In this document: one piece after another, positions 1 through 10,361 of the stretch | How positions within the stretch are numbered: the first letter of the stretch is position 1 | How the letters are laid out: each line of letters opens with the position of its first letter | DNA from: a virus | DNA length: 64,000 bases | Strand: one strand, 5' to 3' | Virus record (IMG/VR): IMGVR_UViG_3300010391_000273 | Coordinates: 1-64,000 of that record | Notes under the pieces: generated by a model | Told to the model about the DNA's origin: nothing | What the model saw: the letters and a program-made list of their open reading frames with translations, nothing else | Databases searched by the model: none | Translations under genes and position numbers: made by a program

Positions 1-116
1 CCCCCCCCCCCCCCCACGTCCAGATGTCCATCATGTATTAAGGGTGATCATAAGAAGTGTTCAATCGTCCACTGTAATTGTACGTGCGAGTTTAGAAAAG
101 AGGTTTAGGAGTCATT

Positions 117-272
117 ATGTCTAAACTAGGTGAACCACTCGATGTAGCTAAGGAACTAGCTGATATGAAATGTAGGCTTGAAGCATTAGAATTAAGAGTA
201 TATACCATCAATAAAAATCGTGATCCTGCTACTAAACCATTTAACATGCATGATCTGCTTAATCATACATGA
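117..272 (+). CDS. small hypothetical protein (51 aa, MSKLGEPLDVAKELADMKCRLEALE...)
   Basis: Read from sequence; AGGAG just upstream of ATG; convergent with the structural arm. Confidence 0.45.
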   Translation: MSKLGEPLDVAKELADMKCRLEALELRVYTINKNRDPATKPFNMHDLLNHT

Positions 273-297
273 TTGTTAGTCAAACCTAATTAGACAT

Positions 298-335
298 AAA
301 AAAAAGAGGCCCTAGACTTTGATGTCTGGGGCCTC
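298..335 (-). terminator. Rho-independent terminator ending the minus-strand arm
   Basis: Minus strand GAGGCCC...GGGCCTC hairpin followed by T8, overlapping the stop of 312..659. Confidence 0.65.
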
Positions 336-659
336 AGGTGTTTCTAGGGGTTCAATTTTTACTTGTTTAGGTCGTTTTAACTTAGGTTTTGTGAGATTAT
401 AGGGAGTGATGGACCTTACCATAGCTCTCGGAATAAATGATCGACCTCGAAAGACATCTTGACCATCTTGAGTAGATCGCTCGTTGGCTACACTAATTCC
501 AACTTCATCGTCTTGAATCAAGAGGCCCATGGTTACAACTCGCATAGGTTCGTGAGTTGATTTGATACCATGAGCTGTTACAAAATTCTCTTGGTCCTGC
601 CAAGCATCATCCCAAACAACAATTACAAACTGACGGGTTTCTTTCATAAACCTCGCCAC
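312..659 (-). CDS. conserved phage hypothetical protein
   Basis: ORF with VxWxDA...GxLI...IPRxMV pattern common in phage small proteins; GGAGG upstream. Confidence 0.7.
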   Translation of the reverse strand: MARFMKETRQFVIVVWDDAWQDQENFVTAHGIKSTHEPMRVVTMGLLIQDDEVGISVANERSTQDGQDVFRGRSFIPRAMVRSITPYNLTKPKLKRPKQVKIEPLETPEAPDIKV

Positions 660-676
660 CTTTCCATATGAACCTC

Positions 677-1258
677 CTATTTAGACTTAAGAAATTCTCT
701 AATTTCCTGGGCTCCACAGAGGACTCCAACGATGTCGTTCGAAGCCATGTTAATTCCAACAACCTTCCCATGAGCGTCTATAACTGGACCTCCAGACATA
801 CCTGGAATGAGTGGGCCATCAATTATGATATCTGATCCTTCTTTGGTAAATCCTGCGACATGTCGTGTTAAGACTTTCATTGTTCCCCATCCAAACCCAA
901 ACGTTTGGGTTTGATCTCCAATTGAAGGGTTGTCTTTTTGTATGTCTAAAGAAGGTCGAGACATAGGTATAATAGATAACAATGCTAGGGTCTCACCTTT
1001 CTCTATCACAAGAGAGTCTACACCATCAACTTGGACCACATCCAAATCAGCAACACAGTGGGAAGCCGTTAGGACTTGACCCTTTGCGGAATTTATAACA
1101 AAGCCTGTACAGCTCATGTGATCGTTCTCACTCTTCTCATAGGTAACACTGACAATAGAGCGTTGTACTCTATCTACGATATTTTTTGGTCCTCCAAACC
1201 CAAATAGGCTGGAAAGACTAAGGGCATATGATACGCTTGTGATGAGGATGAGATTCAT
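677..1258 (-). CDS. secreted trypsin-like (S1) serine protease
   Basis: LTASHCV (His) and GMSGGP (Ser) motifs; hydrophobic N-terminal signal. Confidence 0.85.
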   Translation of the reverse strand: MNLILITSVSYALSLSSLFGFGGPKNIVDRVQRSIVSVTYEKSENDHMSCTGFVINSAKGQVLTASHCVADLDVVQVDGVDSLVIEKGETLALLSIIPMSRPSLDIQKDNPSIGDQTQTFGFGWGTMKVLTRHVAGFTKEGSDIIIDGPLIPGMSGGPVIDAHGKVVGINMASNDIVGVLCGAQEIREFLKSK

Positions 1259-1418
1259 AATTAACTACGTTTCATAAGCTCTTTAGCTTGGAGCATAACA
1301 TACTTAGATATTGTGGGAAGTTGATGGCTATGTCCAGGGTGAGGTAAATAGCACATAATCCCTTGACATTGGCAACACCTACAAATTGGTTCTGGTGAAC
1401 ATTCGATTAGTTTATTCA

Positions 1419-2189
1419 TTATAAAACTCTAAACTTTGTTGAACCTGTTTGTCCCTTAAGGAGTCTGAACCAACCTAAACAGGATTGACATTGGAACCGT
1501 TGGTAAACCTTAGTGATGGCTCGATGAACACCCCGGCTTTGAATCCTTGTTGATCCACAGCGTGGGCAACCTGAGCCTCCAAATAATTCGCGATTAAGGT
1601 GATTAGGGATAAATGGTCTAAGTTTAAGGAATACGTCTTTTAAAAGGGTTACATCCCGTTTATTATAATCTACCATAGCTTTAATAGCAGACTTTGAACC
1701 CTTAAGTACATCTAACCACAGACCTTTCGGAGTATCCGTCTTACCACCACAACCAAGTATCTTACCAACATAGTCTAATCGATTTGCATTAAATTTAAAG
1801 TTTGCTTTAACTACTTTATACGTATCGATTGAGGCTATAGGTGGAAGAACTGGAAGACCTTTAATAATCATTCGAGTTTTTAGATACCTGAAATCGAATG
1901 CATCCCCATTGTGAGCTATAAGACAATCTGCCTCAGCTAGAACCTTAGCAAACTCCTTTAATACATAAGTATCATCAGAAGGATTCTTTGCAAACCGCTT
2001 AGGATCATCTAGAACTGAGACTGAGTGTACTTTAGATTCTCCTAACCACTGCCAACATATTGATAGAACATACCTCTCGGTAACAAGATTGTCTGGATTG
2101 ATATAATCATTGTACTTAAGATCAAAAATAGCTGCGAGTTGAAGCGATGTCTCTATATCATAAAGTAAAACTCTAGGCTTATTATTCAT
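1419..2189 (-). CDS. RNase H-fold/DnaQ-like 3'-5' exonuclease with C-terminal Zn ribbon
   Basis: YDIETS, AHNGDAFD and YNKRDV exo motifs; CPRC...CQSC. Confidence 0.85.
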   Translation of the reverse strand: MNNKPRVLLYDIETSLQLAAIFDLKYNDYINPDNLVTERYVLSICWQWLGESKVHSVSVLDDPKRFAKNPSDDTYVLKEFAKVLAEADCLIAHNGDAFDFRYLKTRMIIKGLPVLPPIASIDTYKVVKANFKFNANRLDYVGKILGCGGKTDTPKGLWLDVLKGSKSAIKAMVDYNKRDVTLLKDVFLKLRPFIPNHLNRELFGGSGCPRCGSTRIQSRGVHRAITKVYQRFQCQSCLGWFRLLKGQTGSTKFRVL

Positions 2190-2673
2190 TTGTCTCCACT
2201 AAATATTGCCCAATTTTTAAAACGGCTTGTGGTCTTGATTCAAAAAAGCCAATAACTATGTTGCAACCTTGACAAACTATGCCACGAACTTTCCCAGTAG
2301 TATGAGAATGATCTACAGAAGGGTTTTTTATAGGGGAACTATTACATAGTTTACAAGCATTATTTTGTTGGGTAAGGATCTTATTGTAATCTTCAAGAGT
2401 TATTCCATAGTCTCTGCGAAGTTGCCAATCTTTACTTTTATTTGGAAAGCGTTTCCTAAAATCTTTCCAGTACTGAGCAACTTTACTTTTATTTTGTTGG
2501 TATCTAGCTCTACCTTGAGCTAATTGTTTCTCTCTTGTTCTTCCATAACTTTTCTGACTATATCCAGGATGTTTCTTTCTCCACTCAGCTCCATAACAGT
2601 TATGGCATAACCCAAAGGCATAGTGTGGTTTATCTGAATGACAAACAGGCTTACGATTAGAATCTCCATTCAT
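2182..2673 (-). CDS. endonuclease VII-family (homing-type) nuclease
   Basis: YGITLEDY...CKLC...VDHSHTTGKVRGIVCQGCN. Confidence 0.85.
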   Translation of the reverse strand: MNGDSNRKPVCHSDKPHYAFGLCHNCYGAEWRKKHPGYSQKSYGRTREKQLAQGRARYQQNKSKVAQYWKDFRKRFPNKSKDWQLRRDYGITLEDYNKILTQQNNACKLCNSSPIKNPSVDHSHTTGKVRGIVCQGCNIVIGFFESRPQAVLKIGQYLVETNE

Positions 2674-2681
2674 AGAAGATT

Positions 2682-2710
2682 ATTATCTCTTAATCTATTG
2701 GAATTGTCAA
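2682..2710 (-). promoter_or_regulatory. sigma70-type promoter for EndoVII gene (near-leaderless)
   Basis: TTGACA-17nt-GATAAT, 8 nt before ATG. Confidence 0.6.
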
Positions 2711-2743
2711 GCTAAATTAACTTAGGAGCAATTGTTAACCTAT

Positions 2744-4042
2744 TTAGCCTACGTGTTTAACTCCCATCGATTTTAGATAAGCCCTATTAGCTTGGGTCTT
2801 AGCGACCATCCCGGCAAAGTCTGTCCCACACCGGACGGCAGCATACAGGTTGTACTCCATGGCACAATGGCCCCACGGGCCTCTAGGATTGGGTACGTTG
2901 AGATAATATCTACGGTCTGGGTCATCACCGGCCGGTTGGTCTGGTGGCCTTATATAGTCCTTCTCTAGGCGATTGAGGATTTGCCATGTAGAGTCCATAT
3001 GAATATTGTAATCGGTCCCACCATACTCCCCAAGAAGAAGGTCGTAGTCAGCCATCCGGCCTGGGTTAACTTGAATATCTTGACCAGCAGCACGGGGCTT
3101 ATAGTCGTCTCCACCCTCACCTACGGGGATATGACCTGTAGAATAATGGAGGGCAAGGGTGCCATCTGGGAACAGCTGGCGAAATCGTTGACCAAAGATC
3201 ATCACTTGTTCGAGGGGCCAACCATAGAAGACCCCATCCCAACCTGGAACGACTGCACAATACTTATAGAGAGTAAATCTATAGTCTAAGTTATTATATA
3301 GGAGGTCTAGTTGGGTAAAGGCAACCTTATAGTGGTCTCCGTCTCCATCCCCACCAAGATAAAGTAGGATCCTAAAGCCCTCTTTGATTACCTCTTGAAT
3401 GAGATCGGTAAACTTAGGGTCTATTGTGGTGTTGCCTGCTGTCCAATCTAGGGGACCAAATTTATCAGCACTGTAGGCTTGATTAGCCTCGTCATAGAGG
3501 GCTGGACCACTTGGAAGAAACACAATACAGTGGGTATCCCCAGCCTGGTGTTTAGCGGCGTAGACAGCCTGACGGTCTTGTGGGGTTAGCCATGGGAGAG
3601 CGGCCTCAAACCATGGAAGTTTACCAAATTGGGTGGTATCAACTACTAAACCTTGAAAGGTAATGTTTACCCCAATGAGTTCATCCCGACTGGGCGGAGC
3701 TGGGAGTGGAGCAACCTTGGGAATAAGTGTAAATGGAAGGTTTATATTAGTGGGTGGTAAATCAACATGCTGGTTAAAATCTAGGAAGTCTTCAACTACA
3801 ATCCACACATGAGAAGCCCCTAAACTAACTGGAACTTTAGGGAATAGGATATAACCATCTGTATTTGTGATTCCTACATGTTTAAATGGATGGTCATCTA
3901 GGGTCACCTTGGCCCCTGGAATAGGCCCAGATGGACCTAAGGCTACAACCGAGACTGCCCTCATGGGATTCGATGGGGGTGAGGGTGGGATTGGAATTGG
4001 AGGACAACCAAGGCCGAACCATCGACACCAAAATGATGACAT
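2744..4042 (-). CDS. hypothetical protein; N-terminal carboxypeptidase-regulatory-like beta domain plus possible glycoside-hydrolase-like domain
   Basis: GPIPGAKVTL...TNTDGYILF pattern; aromatic/acidic alpha-beta C-terminal region. Confidence 0.5.
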   Translation of the reverse strand: MSSFWCRWFGLGCPPIPIPPSPPSNPMRAVSVVALGPSGPIPGAKVTLDDHPFKHVGITNTDGYILFPKVPVSLGASHVWIVVEDFLDFNQHVDLPPTNINLPFTLIPKVAPLPAPPSRDELIGVNITFQGLVVDTTQFGKLPWFEAALPWLTPQDRQAVYAAKHQAGDTHCIVFLPSGPALYDEANQAYSADKFGPLDWTAGNTTIDPKFTDLIQEVIKEGFRILLYLGGDGDGDHYKVAFTQLDLLYNNLDYRFTLYKYCAVVPGWDGVFYGWPLEQVMIFGQRFRQLFPDGTLALHYSTGHIPVGEGGDDYKPRAAGQDIQVNPGRMADYDLLLGEYGGTDYNIHMDSTWQILNRLEKDYIRPPDQPAGDDPDRRYYLNVPNPRGPWGHCAMEYNLYAAVRCGTDFAGMVAKTQANRAYLKSMGVKHVG

Positions 4043-4065
4043 AATTTATCCTTATTGTAAGTTAA

Positions 4066-4632
4066 TTAAGCTGTTGGCTTGGGCTTTGGGCGGGTTCTTG
4101 TTAGGTGCTCAGCTAAAAGTTTACTACGAATGTCGTTTCGTTGATCGATAGCTTGGTCTTGGAGTGCTTGACTACGTTGCATGAGGGTATCTTGAAGGCT
4201 TGATTGTCTGTCCTGATTTCGAATGACTTGGGACTCTTGGGCCTTGTAAGCACGATCCTTCTCGGCTTCCATGGACTTATGCTGGAGTTCAACCTGCTTC
4301 ATTTCAAGCTTTTGGGCATGACTTCTTTCGAGTAATTGAGCCTTAAGGGCTTGTTCCCTGGCTTTAGCTTCGGCCTCGGCTTGGTTTTTGGCGTGTTCGA
4401 CTGCTGCCATGGCCGGGTCAATGGCTCCACCCCCTCCACGAGCTTCAGCGGCAGCGTTGTGCTCACTTGCAAGCTGGTTGATGTGGCCTGGAGGTTGAAT
4501 TTGACCGTTTGTACGATTATAGACCCCCCTATAATCAAATGAATTCTTAGGATCGTCAAAGTTATCTATATTGTGGGCTTTTGTCCAGCCCCTGAAAAGC
4601 ATCTCTTGAAGCGGGCTAAGCTGTGTGGCCAT
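4066..4632 (-). CDS. putative internal virion protein
   Basis: Coiled-coil ORF in late arm; N-terminal TQLSPLQE motif. Confidence 0.6.
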   Translation of the reverse strand: MATQLSPLQEMLFRGWTKAHNIDNFDDPKNSFDYRGVYNRTNGQIQPPGHINQLASEHNAAAEARGGGGAIDPAMAAVEHAKNQAEAEAKAREQALKAQLLERSHAQKLEMKQVELQHKSMEAEKDRAYKAQESQVIRNQDRQSSLQDTLMQRSQALQDQAIDQRNDIRSKLLAEHLTRTRPKPKPTA

Positions 4633-4683
4633 ATGTAAATTCTTTCATATAATTTGCAAAGGGACTTAATTGTGTAGGCATGA

Positions 4684-5214
4684 TTAACGACCCTGTTGTA
4701 AGAGTTCTAACAATTTGGATGAAGTACTTGAAGGATCATATCCGGTAGTACGATCACCAGCAAATGCCCCAGAGTCTTTTAAGGCTTTAACAGTGGGATT
4801 AGCTTGTTGGTACATTCGGTCCATAACTTGTCTTGTTTTGGGGTTAAGTATATCCCGAGCAGATTGGTTAGCAAGAGCTATAGTTGTAGGTGATATCACG
4901 TTTGAAGTACTCTTAGTGGCATTAGGCACTTTAGCTAAGTTGTATTTTAATACCCCTACAAGCGAGTCTGTATCACTTGCCGATGGCATTACTTGCTTGG
5001 TATGTTGCCAAGGTGATGACTCTATGATATCCATAGAAGGAGCTTGGACTATATCCTTAAATCTACCTGCAAGACGTTTAAGACCACTTGCTATTTTTCC
5101 TGGGGTCATGGGCATCATAGCAGCTGTTACAGGACCTAATTTGGATTCAAGCTCAGGTTGGGGTGAGCGGGCTAGGCTGATTCTCTTCATGAGTTCTTGA
5201 AGTAAGTTGGCCAT
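4684..5214 (-). CDS. putative internal virion protein
   Basis: ORF in late arm, co-oriented, translationally coupled to upstream mini-ORF. Confidence 0.55.
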   Translation of the reverse strand: MANLLQELMKRISLARSPQPELESKLGPVTAAMMPMTPGKIASGLKRLAGRFKDIVQAPSMDIIESSPWQHTKQVMPSASDTDSLVGVLKYNLAKVPNATKSTSNVISPTTIALANQSARDILNPKTRQVMDRMYQQANPTVKALKDSGAFAGDRTTGYDPSSTSSKLLELLQQGR

Positions 5215-5282
5215 TTAACGAGTTCTCATCATGTACTCTAACAACTGTTGTTTAGGAGAAATCCCTGGTGGAAGCAGCATAG

Positions 5283-5702
5283 TTAAAAATCTTTTCCTGT
5301 TCTAATCATAGAGGCTAAGTGTATGGCACGTATCCCGGTTTGTTGAGCAAACTTTGAGGCGAGTAGGGCGTCTGCAGCAGCATCCCAGTTTTTGGCTTGG
5401 ATGGCTGGAAGCATAGTTTTAAAATCGAGGATTTTGCCCATTAGATTAAAGGCCATGTCCGCGAGGGCTCGTTGGCGTACATCATCATTCATTCCAGCCC
5501 ACCACGGGAGATTCTTCCCTAAGAATGATACTGTGTCGTTGATGTCATCAGAGAGGATATTCCTAATTTGGGATGGGCTTAGGCCTTTTGCCGTTAGGTT
5601 GTGCCCCACTCCGATTGTTAGGTTCCCTGTTGTATCTGTATAGGGGAACTTTCTATTTCCCTCATGAATGATAAGTTGATTGGCAAGTTTGTTATAATCC
5701 AT
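5283..5702 (-). CDS. GH24 (T4-like) lysozyme
   Basis: HEG...PYTDTTGNLTIGVGHNL catalytic E-D-T motif; MAFNL; WDAAA. Confidence 0.9.
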   Translation of the reverse strand: MDYNKLANQLIIHEGNRKFPYTDTTGNLTIGVGHNLTAKGLSPSQIRNILSDDINDTVSFLGKNLPWWAGMNDDVRQRALADMAFNLMGKILDFKTMLPAIQAKNWDAAADALLASKFAQQTGIRAIHLASMIRTGKDF

Positions 5703-5731
5703 TTTAAACCTTTTTGATCGGGCGCCGCAGG

Positions 5732-5920
5732 CTAACTTAGATACTTTTTAGATGGTCCTCTACGCATAGCCATTCTTAAAATAGGGGCGCTCAACTTGGG
5801 AACAGGCGAACTAAGATTAAGTAGACGTGGTTGAGCTATTTTTTTAGATGGGGCTAGATTTTTCCCCATATTTCGCTGTACCAAGGTTTTTTCGAGTGGG
5901 GTCAGAGGTGTATTTTTCAT
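5732..5920 (-). CDS. small basic protein
   Basis: ORF; LTPLEK N-terminal motif. Confidence 0.5.
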   Translation of the reverse strand: MKNTPLTPLEKTLVQRNMGKNLAPSKKIAQPRLLNLSSPVPKLSAPILRMAMRRGPSKKYLS

Positions 5921-5940
5921 ATGGTTTTTAATTGTAAGGC

Positions 5941-6198
5941 CTAATCTTTTAAACTAGCTTGGAGTAGTACAGGATTAGGAGACCACCCTTGCCTGTAGGC
6001 TTCCATAATTTGTTGGGCGTTTGCAAATCTCTTAGCAGCTGGTGGTACCCGATTATGTGTATTGGGGGGCACGACAGGCATAGGTTGAGCGAGAGGCCTT
6101 GAAGGTCCAATTGGACCATCCTGGCCCTCTGGACGATTATCTGACGCCGTAGGCTGGGCCTGGGCTCGTTGTAGGAGGATTTGGGTTAGTGGATCCAT
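5941..6198 (-). CDS. small putative internal virion protein
   Basis: Coupled to upstream large ORF; DPLTQILL N-terminus. Confidence 0.55.
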   Translation of the reverse strand: MDPLTQILLQRAQAQPTASDNRPEGQDGPIGPSRPLAQPMPVVPPNTHNRVPPAAKRFANAQQIMEAYRQGWSPNPVLLQASLKD

Positions 6199-6200
6199 TG

Positions 6201-9200
6201 TTACTTTTTAGTTGGTCTAGCTGGTGGAGTAAAAGGTTTTCTTGTTGATCCACTAGGTTGTGGTCTGGTTGTAATTACAGGTTGGGCCGGTCTGGAATTT
6301 ATTGGTGGTTCAGATTTATCCATAAGTTGACTAATAAAACCTGGAAGAGAACCTGGACGATTTGGTCTAAAGACACCCGGAAGAAGCCCCCCAGGAAGTG
6401 ATTCCAGTGATGCCTCTTTTTCTCCAGTCAATACTTTACTTAGATTATAGACATCAACAATTGGTTGAGTTGTAGGAAGAGGTAAATCTCCTGACGAAAG
6501 CCTCTGAATAACCGCACCCGCTGGGCTTTTTTGAGAACTGTAGGCTAGACCTGCTACGAAGGCTGAGGAAACAAGGGTTCCATATTGACCTGTAGCTTCA
6601 TTAATAAACTTCCGAATAACCTTGTTAGTTGGGCTTCTCGGATCAGAACCTGGCATAGAGGCTCCTAGCAAGAACGAAGCTCCAGCTAGACCTCCTCCAA
6701 AGGTTTGTTGTGCAATTTGGGCGGACCTTGAATCTCGATCTATAACATCCTTTGCTCTTTGAGCAAAGATGCCTATAACGGGTGTACGCTCAAGTGAGCG
6801 TTCCATCTGATTTACAGCTGTTCTATAGAAAGGTAGAGCTAGATTAGCACTAATAGATTTAATTCCACCCTTTGTTTGAGCACCTTTTTTAAACTTGGCA
6901 ATACCCTGACCCCACCCTGTTAGTGGCTCTGCAGTCAATGTTATAAGACGTGCTTCTTGTTCAGAAAAGCCCGCATCCATTAGTGTGCGCCTAGCCGAGC
7001 GGTCTCCTGCAGCCATAAGTATTGCTGGAGATGAAACCAAGGCTCTAAATGATTTAGGACCAGCTTGTCCCATAACTCCTTCAGTTCGCTCAGTAACATC
7101 CGCGATAATGTGTTTAGCTTCACCTGCCATAACACCAGTTTTAACTCCAGAAAGGAATTTATTTGTAGTTAAAAGTAGTTTTAAGGCTTTTAGTCCTCTC
7201 ATATCGCCTTGCAAAGCATGTTCAATAGAACCCATGAGAGCTGATCCGTATGGACCAACAAGGACGTTAATTGGAAGATTTATTGGATCTAGGAGATAAG
7301 AAAATCTCTGCCAGTCTGGGAGCATTCTGCCAAGTGTGGTAACAGACCCTTTAACTTTATCTGCAACTTCTGAGATTTCAGTTTGGGTTGCATTTGGGTT
7401 TGAACGAACAGCATTAATGGCTGCTCTAATAGCTCCAGGAGCCAAGACTCCTGCTGTTCCACCAATCAAGGCTCCTTTCAGGGGATCCTCTGGAGTTTGT
7501 GTAGCACCTACAGCCGCTCCACCGAGACCCCCAGCGATTCTAAAGATAGCCTGATTTGCAATTTCACCCTTTTCCCCATTCTGCTTGAACTTCCTTACAA
7601 GATCAGCAAGGAGCCTATCTTGTTCAGCAGGAGAGAGTTTACTTAGTTCATCAGAGGTCGGTGAAGGAGTCTCAACAGGCGGTTCAAAAGGCTTAACTGG
7701 CTCTACTGGTATAGCAGATTTAGAGGCAGCTGCAAGTCTTTGTTTCTCACTTTGTGCAAGAGCTTGTAAGGCCTGACCAGTTTCACGTTTAATTTCAGGA
7801 GGAGTTGAAGGATTATTATAGATTGCATCGAGACGTTCTCTCTCTAAATTGGCTTCTGGTGAGAAGTTCTTTAGAGCAAAGTCTATTTGCTTTTGAATTC
7901 GTGCTGCCCGACTAGCATCAGGAGTTGAACGAATAGGCGCAGCACCTTGAGGCTCAACAGGAGCTGGGGGTGTAAATAGGTCAGGTTGTGATGAAGGAAC
8001 TGCACCTTCTCCTAGTGGACCTGGAAAACCAGCACCTTCTGGGGCTTGAGCCGGCATTCTAGGAACAAGCTTAGGCGTAGGGTTATTTGTAGGGTTTACT
8101 CCTGGAAGTGTAGGTTCAGGCTCTCCAACAGCGTTAATTTGAGGTGGAACTTGTGGTTCAACTGGGTGAGCCAGAGCACCATAAGAATCAATAAGATCTT
8201 GGGCATCAGCTGGAGACATCTTACTAGACATCTCTGGTGTGACCCCCATTTTTTCTAAAGCTGCTTGTTGAGCAGCAGAAAGTGGGGCGATAGACACACG
8301 AGTATTACCTGGGTATTGTGGATCTGGTTCCTTAAATGTTAGATCTGATGGAGGTTCAGCTGGGAATTGAACTTGAATTTTACCTTGACTTCGAGTATAG
8401 AGATCTTTCCACTCTGCTAGTTCTGCTGGAGTTCTTCTCACACCTACTCCAGGTTGAATATCCTTCATACGCAAAACTTCATCTGGTGATAGATCGCCAA
8501 AGTTAGGTTTAGGGACAGGTATTGGCTCAGAAACAATTGGTTGAGCAGGTTTAAAAGGAACTGGAGCTTCTGCTATAGGCTCAGCACTCACATCTGGGGC
8601 TACAGGGGCTTGTGAATCTAAACTCTTAAATCTAACTTCCCACTTAGTTGGGCTTACTTGTTTAACATAACTATCACCACCTAATTGCTTTACCTTAAAA
8701 AATGCCTCAGTTTTGTTAAAACGTTGACCATGAAGCCCCATCATTTCATCAGTGATAATAGGGCTGCCTGGGCCTGGGGTAGGCGGCTCTGGGGTTGGGG
8801 TAGGTTCGATTGGGCTTGTAGAAGGAACTTCAGGTGGTTTGGTGGGGACTATTTCAATGAGTCTATAGGCTCCTCCAGGTGTTTTGGCAATGTCATATTT
8901 ACCACCAAGTTTATTACTGGCGACTACAGCTTCCTTTTTAGTTTCATAGAGTATTTGTAGGGGATCTTGGGGGCCTGTCTTAGAGCCCCCACCTAAAGCT
9001 GCTGCTTCATCTACTGGGGGTTCAGCCACATGCTTGATGGATCCTGATATTGGAAGACCAGTCTCTGGATCAATACCCCTCAATGGGGTTGAAAGAGATG
9101 ATGGATCTTGCTGAATTGGAAGACCTTCTTTGATTCTATCTAGTTCAGCCTGAGCAAGTCTAGCTACTTCTTCTTTAGCCTGAGTTGCTGCAATAGCTTG

Positions 9201-10361
9201 TTGTGTTGTTCCACCTTCAGTTGTTCTGATATTTGCTACATCAGCTGCGTTTTCAGCCCCCATAGCTTGTTTAGCGGCTGCGCGATTAGCTACAATTCTC
9301 TGTGTAGTCATTCGTTGATTAGCTGAATTAGCTAATGCAGCTTGTGTAGCCTCTGAAGGACCAGCTCCAGGAACAGCACGAGCTAAAGTAGCATTTGGAT
9401 TGATTTGGAACCCTTCTGCAAGTTTCTGATCAATAAGAGCGTTGGTTTCTGGATCAGCTATGGCAGCATGTCCCTCTCCAGGAATTGGTAATCCTGTCTG
9501 AGGATCTATACCTGTATGGAGAACATTTTCTATATTTACTGGTTGTTGTGGGGTCGTTGTTGATGGACGTGAGTCTATTATAGCTTGCTTTATACTATTT
9601 ATTTTGCCCTTAGCAGCCTTTTTAACAATGGGAATGATACCTCTAGCAGCTAGATTAGCTGCATTTTCACTGGAGTTAAAATCTGAAGCAGTAATTGCTG
9701 GAGAAGTACTAGTTAAAGCTGGGGCTTCAGCTTTAATTGGTATGCCAGTTTCTGGATTGATAGCAGGCCAAGACTTTACCCCTGTTACTGGATCTACAGA
9801 TTTTGGAGTTGGAGCTGGAGGAACAGCAGTCTTAACTGCTTCGAGTGTAGGAGCAGGTGCATGTGGTTTGGAATATTTTCCAAAGGCTCCACCTGTAGCA
9901 CCGCCTACAAGCATTCCTAGAAGGTCTCCACTTGACCAATTTGTAGCAGCTGTCTTTAGATCTTCTCCTTCAGCTACTTTATTGGCAACAGTAGAGGCTC
10001 CCGAGATACCAGCACCAATTCCAGCTGAGACAAAAGGTTTACCAGCACGAATCATCCATGAACCTGGAATAGCTCCTAGTGCTCCACCTACAAGAACTCT
10101 TTTTGGATTGACTTCATGTTTAGGTTCTATATACTTTTCTACGGCAGCTTCAGATAAGGCCCCACCTAGCCCGCCTCCAACGATTGCTCCAGGTGGACCA
10201 CCAACAGCAAATCCTCCCATGGCACCTACGCCCATTCCGCCGACTCGAAGGACTCCACCACCAATAATTCGGGCATAATCCTCCCAAGTCATCTCCTCTG
10301 GTTTTGGTGGAGGAGCTTCTTCCTGTAGGGCTGGTGACGTATACGGTTTACGATTAGGCAC
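6201..10361 (-). CDS. large internal virion/DNA ejection protein
   Basis: 1386 aa, Gly-zipper hydrophobic segments, Pro-rich linker; position after tail genes as in podoviruses. Confidence 0.65.
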   Translation of the reverse strand: MPNRKPYTSPALQEEAPPPKPEEMTWEDYARIIGGGVLRVGGMGVGAMGGFAVGGPPGAIVGGGLGGALSEAAVEKYIEPKHEVNPKRVLVGGALGAIPGSWMIRAGKPFVSAGIGAGISGASTVANKVAEGEDLKTAATNWSSGDLLGMLVGGATGGAFGKYSKPHAPAPTLEAVKTAVPPAPTPKSVDPVTGVKSWPAINPETGIPIKAEAPALTSTSPAITASDFNSSENAANLAARGIIPIVKKAAKGKINSIKQAIIDSRPSTTTPQQPVNIENVLHTGIDPQTGLPIPGEGHAAIADPETNALIDQKLAEGFQINPNATLARAVPGAGPSEATQAALANSANQRMTTQRIVANRAAAKQAMGAENAADVANIRTTEGGTTQQAIAATQAKEEVARLAQAELDRIKEGLPIQQDPSSLSTPLRGIDPETGLPISGSIKHVAEPPVDEAAALGGGSKTGPQDPLQILYETKKEAVVASNKLGGKYDIAKTPGGAYRLIEIVPTKPPEVPSTSPIEPTPTPEPPTPGPGSPIITDEMMGLHGQRFNKTEAFFKVKQLGGDSYVKQVSPTKWEVRFKSLDSQAPVAPDVSAEPIAEAPVPFKPAQPIVSEPIPVPKPNFGDLSPDEVLRMKDIQPGVGVRRTPAELAEWKDLYTRSQGKIQVQFPAEPPSDLTFKEPDPQYPGNTRVSIAPLSAAQQAALEKMGVTPEMSSKMSPADAQDLIDSYGALAHPVEPQVPPQINAVGEPEPTLPGVNPTNNPTPKLVPRMPAQAPEGAGFPGPLGEGAVPSSQPDLFTPPAPVEPQGAAPIRSTPDASRAARIQKQIDFALKNFSPEANLERERLDAIYNNPSTPPEIKRETGQALQALAQSEKQRLAAASKSAIPVEPVKPFEPPVETPSPTSDELSKLSPAEQDRLLADLVRKFKQNGEKGEIANQAIFRIAGGLGGAAVGATQTPEDPLKGALIGGTAGVLAPGAIRAAINAVRSNPNATQTEISEVADKVKGSVTTLGRMLPDWQRFSYLLDPINLPINVLVGPYGSALMGSIEHALQGDMRGLKALKLLLTTNKFLSGVKTGVMAGEAKHIIADVTERTEGVMGQAGPKSFRALVSSPAILMAAGDRSARRTLMDAGFSEQEARLITLTAEPLTGWGQGIAKFKKGAQTKGGIKSISANLALPFYRTAVNQMERSLERTPVIGIFAQRAKDVIDRDSRSAQIAQQTFGGGLAGASFLLGASMPGSDPRSPTNKVIRKFINEATGQYGTLVSSAFVAGLAYSSQKSPAGAVIQRLSSGDLPLPTTQPIVDVYNLSKVLTGEKEASLESLPGGLLPGVFRPNRPGSLPGFISQLMDKSEPPINSRPAQPVITTRPQPSGSTRKPFTPPARPTKK

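Noticed and set aside
1-15. Poly-C run at window start
   Set aside because: Typical contig-end/two-colour sequencing artefact; no biological reading supported
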